The notes under the pieces: generated by a model
What the model was told of the DNA's origin: nothing
Databases searched by the model: none
The model's input: the letters and a program-made list of their open reading frames with translations, nothing else
Shown: piece after piece, positions 59,467 through 64,000 of the stretch
How the letters are laid out: the number at the start of each line of letters is the position of its first letter
How positions within the stretch are numbered: the stretch's first letter is position 1
Assembly: GCA_945861645.1 (NCBI GenBank)
Contig: CAMAVZ010000001.1
Coordinates: forward strand, 1 to 64,000
Length of the DNA stretch: 64,000 nucleotides
Direction: 5' to 3'
Source: Opitutus sp. GAS368
Lineage (GTDB): Bacteria; Verrucomicrobiota; Verrucomicrobiia; Opitutales; Opitutaceae
Made by a program: the position numbers and the translations under genes

Positions 59467-60384
59467 TTAAAGTTTAAAGATCAGCCGGTCCGCGACCAGC
59501 AGGCCGAGTAGCAGCGGAAGATAGGCAATCGAAATAAGAAATAGCCGCCGCGCTTCGGTTTCGCGCCGGTCGGGATTCAGGAAAATAATGGCAGACCAGA
59601 GAATCCAGCCTCCTAACGCCACGGCTCCAGCGAAATAATACCAAGAACAATAGCCGAGGAGCGTCGGCATTCCGCTGGCGGCGAGGAGCAGCACGGTCCA
59701 GATGAAGGCCCGGCGGGAGACGCGGCGACCACTGGGGTCGACGACCGATAGAATTGGGAAGTCGGCCGCGGCATAGTCTTTGCGGTAGGTCCAAGCTAAG
59801 GCAAAGAAGTGGGGCATTTGCCACGTGAACAAAATGGCGAAGAGTGTCCAACCGAGTGCCGGATTTGATCGGCCGGCTGCCGCCCAACCAATCATCGGGG
59901 GCAGGGCGCCGCTGACCGCTCCAATCTCCGTTGACCAACGCGACCATTTTTTTGCGGGGGTGTAAATGGCAAGGTAGGCGACCACCGTTGCTAAACCGAG
60001 AAAAGCGGAAGGTCCGTTTACTTGCTTAAAAAGTAAGCTGAGTCCGGTCAGACATAGGATCCAGCCGACAACAAAAGCTGAACCCGGCGCAATGATGCCC
60101 TGCGGAATAGGGCGATCCCTGGTGCGCTGCATTAAGGCATCGCGATCGCTCTCCATCCACTGATTCAGGGCCGCCACGCCGCCCGCGCACAAGGCAGTGC
60201 CGACCATGAGAAAGAGAGTTCGCGTCCATTCCAAATAAGGAACGGCCGCTAGGTAGCCGACCATAGCGGTGGTGACCGACAACAGACTCAGACGCGGTTT
60301 CGTTAGCTCAAGATAATGGCGCCAAGTCGCCGGCGTGGGCTGGGCGATGTTACCGGAAAGGCTCTGCTCAGGCGCGGGGGTCAT
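59467..60384 (-). CDS. ctaB: Protoheme IX farnesyltransferase (heme O synthase)
   Basis: LTKPR, NQWMESDRDALMQRTRDRP, YTPAK, WQMPHF, DY. Confidence 0.94.
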   Translation of the reverse strand: MTPAPEQSLSGNIAQPTPATWRHYLELTKPRLSLLSVTTAMVGYLAAVPYLEWTRTLFLMVGTALCAGGVAALNQWMESDRDALMQRTRDRPIPQGIIAPGSAFVVGWILCLTGLSLLFKQVNGPSAFLGLATVVAYLAIYTPAKKWSRWSTEIGAVSGALPPMIGWAAAGRSNPALGWTLFAILFTWQMPHFFALAWTYRKDYAAADFPILSVVDPSGRRVSRRAFIWTVLLLAASGMPTLLGYCSWYYFAGAVALGGWILWSAIIFLNPDRRETEARRLFLISIAYLPLLLGLLVADRLIFKL

Positions 60385-61352
60385 GCGGGGTTATTTTTGA
60401 CTGAGCCGTGGTAAGTGAAGCAGGTCAGCAGAAAAGTTACCGCCAGCGTCAAGGCCCCGATGATCACATGCCCCGTCGTCATCGACACACTGCGGCCCGT
60501 CCAGATGATTTGTGCGCCCAGATAAATTTGCAGGCTAATAAGACCGAGCAGCCCAATCCCCAGCCAACGCAAGGCCGTGGGGGCCGAGGGCTCGCGCCAG
60601 AGCTGTCGCACAAAAGCGATGAGGGCGAGCGACACCACGCCCGCCATCACGCGGTGCGCAAAATGAATGCTCACGCGAAAATCCCAGAGCGCGGGGAGTA
60701 GATTACCTTCGGGCGTCGAGAGCGGAAAGGTGGGGATGGCGAGTCCGGCAAAACTATGCCGAACAACTGCGGCAATGGAAAGTTGCACAAAAAGCAGAGC
60801 GACGCAGATCGCGCTTAATCGCCGCAGTCGCCGAGAAAAAACGCCCGTCCAACCGCTGCTGCCTTCAATCCACGGGCGCGAACTGGCGATCGCAATGGCG
60901 AAGAGCGTACAAACGAAAGCTTGAGCCAAGACCGCATGCAGCATCGCAAACAGGCGGCCGAGGCTGGTGTTGACGAGGTCGAGGTGCTGGTGATCGAACA
61001 AGACGCGCGATCCGCCCACCGCGGCTTGGGTCAAGACGAGGCCAACGGCAAAATAGCCGAGACGCCGCAGCCACGTGCGCTCTTCAGTTAGCCACAACCA
61101 AACCGCGAGAATGATGGTAATCGAACTCATCAAGCTCGCGCTGAGGCGGTGCGAATGCTCGGCAAATTTATCGATTTCTGTTAACCAGCCTAAGGGGTTG
61201 ATTGACCCATTGGAGAGCGGCCAGTCGGAAAAAGCCATGCCGGCGCCGATGCTCGTAGTAAATGCGCCCAGCGCGACGAGAACAAAAACCCAGCCACTGC
61301 CCAGCGTGGCGAAGGCGGCGAGGCCAAATTTATAATGAGCGGTGCGCGACAT
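60381..61352 (-). CDS. ctaA: Heme A synthase (CtaA/COX15)
   Basis: GAGMAFSDWP, EHSHR, LHA, HFAHR, GHV; overlaps ctaB start. Confidence 0.88.
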   Translation of the reverse strand: MSRTAHYKFGLAAFATLGSGWVFVLVALGAFTTSIGAGMAFSDWPLSNGSINPLGWLTEIDKFAEHSHRLSASLMSSITIILAVWLWLTEERTWLRRLGYFAVGLVLTQAAVGGSRVLFDHQHLDLVNTSLGRLFAMLHAVLAQAFVCTLFAIAIASSRPWIEGSSGWTGVFSRRLRRLSAICVALLFVQLSIAAVVRHSFAGLAIPTFPLSTPEGNLLPALWDFRVSIHFAHRVMAGVVSLALIAFVRQLWREPSAPTALRWLGIGLLGLISLQIYLGAQIIWTGRSVSMTTGHVIIGALTLAVTFLLTCFTYHGSVKNNPA

Positions 61353-61448
61353 AAAAAGAGAGTGGCGGAAGAAACAGGAAGTGATACTTGCCGAATGGGC
61401 AGCGCAAACCTTTTGACAATTTCTGCCTTTGGCAAATGGGTGGAGCTG

Positions 61449-62369
61449 ATGACGTCAGGTTATTCACTCATCCGTCCTTGGGCTGCAGGTTTGCTAATGA
61501 CCGCGGTCGGCTTGGCGGCGGGTTGCGCCAAGGCTAAGCCGGCGGCAGGGGCGGTGCCCCTTGTCGTGACCGCACCCACCGAGCAACGCTATCCGTTGAC
61601 GGGCGAAATCATCGAGGTGCAGCGGGCTAGTCAGACCCTGGTCGTGACGCATGATGAGATTAAAGGCTACATGCCGGGTATGACCATGGAGTTTAAGGCG
61701 GCGCGGGGTGATTTGGATAATGCGCAACCCGGCCAGCATATTCGGGCCGAGTTGGTGGTGCGTGGGACGGAGCTTTTTCTCGAAAAAATTTGGCCAGCAG
61801 ACGCCGTGACCGAACGTGCTCTGTCGGCCGCGGCGCAAAGCTTGGCGCAAGATACCGCCATGCGCGGAAAGTCAGCTTATCGGGAAATTGGGGAGACGCT
61901 GCCCGAATTCACCTTGCTTGATCAAACGGGCCGCACGATTTCGCCGAGCCGCTTTCGCGGTAAGCAGGTGGTGCTCAACTTTATTTTCACCCGCTGCCCC
62001 GTTGCTACCATGTGCCCCGCCGCGACCCTGCGCATGCAGGAACTGCAGCAGGCGGCCCGCGCGGCGGGCGTCACCGACTTAGAATTGGTGTCGATTTCTC
62101 TCGATCCAGAATTTGATACTCCGGGCGTCTTAAAAGAATACGCCGAAGTGCGGGGAATTGATTTGGCTAATTTTTCCTTTCTAACCGGACCTGATGCGGC
62201 GGTGCGTCAACTCCTCGCGCAGTTGGGGGTGATTCGAGAATTTGAAGGCGCCACGATTAAGCATACCCTCGCGACCGTGTTACTTAACCCGCAGGGTAAA
62301 ATTATTTATCGGGCCGACGGCAGCGCTTGGGCGGTGGACGATTTTGTGCGGCGCTTGAAAAAAGAATGA
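61449..62369 (+). CDS. CusF-like domain / SCO (SenC) fusion lipoprotein
   Basis: LAAGC lipobox, THDEIKGYMPGMTMEF, FIFTRCPVATMCP, DPEFDT, H in IKHT; GGAG upstream. Confidence 0.85.
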   Translation: MTSGYSLIRPWAAGLLMTAVGLAAGCAKAKPAAGAVPLVVTAPTEQRYPLTGEIIEVQRASQTLVVTHDEIKGYMPGMTMEFKAARGDLDNAQPGQHIRAELVVRGTELFLEKIWPADAVTERALSAAAQSLAQDTAMRGKSAYREIGETLPEFTLLDQTGRTISPSRFRGKQVVLNFIFTRCPVATMCPAATLRMQELQQAARAAGVTDLELVSISLDPEFDTPGVLKEYAEVRGIDLANFSFLTGPDAAVRQLLAQLGVIREFEGATIKHTLATVLLNPQGKIIYRADGSAWAVDDFVRRLKKE

Positions 62370-63274
62370 ATCAACCCAACAAAAATTCTGCTCGCCATCG
62401 CTCGGTGTTGATCATCACCGCGGTGGCGCTAGGGCTTTATCTCTTGGTGCGAGCATTGCCGACGGGCACAAATCTAAATCACATGGATTTTCGGACAGAA
62501 GGGAAGGGGGCCTTGGAAATGTGTGACGCGAACAATCCGCAGTTCATTCCCGTTGTGCAGGTGCGTTCGCCGGTGGTACTCGGGCTTAAGGCGACAACCG
62601 GCGTGGCGCCCGATCAGCCGGTGGCCCTGACGCTCACGCTCCAAACTGCGCGCGGCAAGCCCATCGCGCCTGAGGATTTGCAACTGGCGCACACGCGCAA
62701 ATTGCACCTGCTGATTGTCGATCCTACCCTCGAAGATTATCAGCATGTGCATCCCGAGCCGGGCCAGCGTCCGGGCGAATGGGGGTTCACGTTGACTCCG
62801 CAGCGCGCCGGAGTTTATCGCATCTTTGCCGATTTTACACCGGTGGCCACCGGCCGCGGGCTTTATGGAGTGGTTGAACTCAACGTGCCAGGATCGGTCG
62901 CACGACTGGCGCGCTCACCTAATTTCACTTACACGATCGGCGGATTCGAATTTACCTTGGCCGCAGCGCAACCTTTCCGGGCTGGGCAGCCGATCGATTT
63001 GCGATTTTGCGTGAGTCAACGCGGTGGTGGGGCGACGCAGCTGCAACCGGTGATGGGGGCTTTTGCGCATTTGGTGGCCTTTGATGAAGGGCGCAGTGGC
63101 TTTGCGCACCTGCACCCGGCGCAGGTTGATTTGACGCAAGCCTTGGATCCGGTGCGTCCTGAGCTGACGTTCAAATTAACTATCCCGCAGCCCGGTCGCT
63201 ACGTCATTTGGAGTCAGGTTATGATCGCAGGGCAGCAAATCTTCGCGCCTTTTTGGATCGATGTGCTGCCCTGA
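62366..63274 (+). CDS. Membrane-anchored hypothetical protein with two His-rich repeats (putative metal binding)
   Basis: N-terminal TM; LHLLIV..YQHVHP and AHLVAF..FAHLHP; ATGA overlap with SCO gene. Confidence 0.75.
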   Translation: MNQPNKNSARHRSVLIITAVALGLYLLVRALPTGTNLNHMDFRTEGKGALEMCDANNPQFIPVVQVRSPVVLGLKATTGVAPDQPVALTLTLQTARGKPIAPEDLQLAHTRKLHLLIVDPTLEDYQHVHPEPGQRPGEWGFTLTPQRAGVYRIFADFTPVATGRGLYGVVELNVPGSVARLARSPNFTYTIGGFEFTLAAAQPFRAGQPIDLRFCVSQRGGGATQLQPVMGAFAHLVAFDEGRSGFAHLHPAQVDLTQALDPVRPELTFKLTIPQPGRYVIWSQVMIAGQQIFAPFWIDVLP

Positions 63275-63301
63275 AAAGCGGCGAACTTAAAGGGCGGCGC
63301 T

Positions 63302-63994
63302 TTACACGGGCTCACCGGCGAGTTGCATCACTTTGCCCGTCCCAGTGGTTAAAAATCTTCCCAATTGTGCGCCAGGAAAACTGCCAAAATTTCCGGGATA
63401 ACAACGCAACAAGCCCTCGCGGGCTAGCCGCACGATACTCCGCGTATTCATTTCGGGATCGGCGCAGAAAAAATGGGGCGCGGCGCGATTGGGCCAGAGG
63501 ATGCTGCCCCGCAGGACATCGCCGATAATCGCTTCGCCGGAGTCGAGCACCACCGAAGCAGATCCTAACGTATGGCCGGGAGTGGCCAGCACGCGCCCTT
63601 TGATTCCGTAGGGCGTGAGAGAAAAGCTGTCGCGGAAAATGACGTCGGGTTCAAACGATTCAAAGGGTTCATCCACGAAGGGGCGCACGAGCCGCCCGAA
63701 TTGATCCTGCGCGGCCAGAACGCCATTTTCCCCTGAGCGCGCGAGACTAGCATCGCCACTGTGCAGCGCAATTTTTGCGCCGCTGCGCCGGCGCAGTTCC
63801 GCCGCGCCGCCCGCGTGGTCGCTGTGGCTGTGAGTCAGAAGAATCAGAGCAATTTGGTTTAATTCGAGGCGGTGAATCTTCAGGGCATGCAAGATGCGCT
63901 GCAGATCGCCGGGCGCCCCGGTATCAACGAGCACCGGCCGCTCACCGAGGAGCAGGTAGCAGTTGGAGATCGCGCATTTAATTCTGATTAACAT
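63302..63994 (-). CDS. MBL-fold hydrolase
   Basis: LVDTG, LTHSHSDHAG, TPGHT, GD; true start may be shifted near the window edge. Confidence 0.85.
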   Translation of the reverse strand: MLIRIKCAISNCYLLLGERPVLVDTGAPGDLQRILHALKIHRLELNQIALILLTHSHSDHAGGAAELRRRSGAKIALHSGDASLARSGENGVLAAQDQFGRLVRPFVDEPFESFEPDVIFRDSFSLTPYGIKGRVLATPGHTLGSASVVLDSGEAIIGDVLRGSILWPNRAAPHFFCADPEMNTRSIVRLAREGLLRCYPGNFGSFPGAQLGRFLTTGTGKVMQLAGEPV

Positions 63995-64000
63995 TTAGAT

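Overview
Gene-dense core chromosomal segment of a moderately GC-rich Gram-negative bacterium. The gene complement (dnaK-groES-groEL cluster, RNase HIII beside HII, short HemA, Chlamydia-like ribonucleotide reductase, TMTC-like TPR protein) suggests Verrucomicrobiota, probably Opitutaceae; this is inference. About 50 CDS cover chaperones, PhoH, EngB, an RsmH paralogue, nrdB-nrdA, an Oar-like TonB receptor, peptidases, lipid A and heme genes, dnaE, rpsU, mutY, rnhC-rnhB, a LigA-type ligase, SLC13/cysK and a caa3-type oxidase cluster with azurin and copper chaperones. I found no rRNA, complete tRNA, CRISPR array, transposase or prophage. Best leads: (1) NrdB has the class Ic (Mn/Fe, tyrosyl-radical-free) signature, paired with a probable three-ATP-cone NrdA and tandem NrdR boxes; (2) the NAD+-dependent DNA ligase has an RBS-supported N-terminal extension resembling a twin-arginine export signal; (3) oxidase subunit III carries a two-helix insertion; (4) an FNR-like site sits at class II spacing before azurin; (5) an unexplained AT-rich structured spacer lies upstream of nrdB. 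All calls are by-eye motif recognition; no searches were run.
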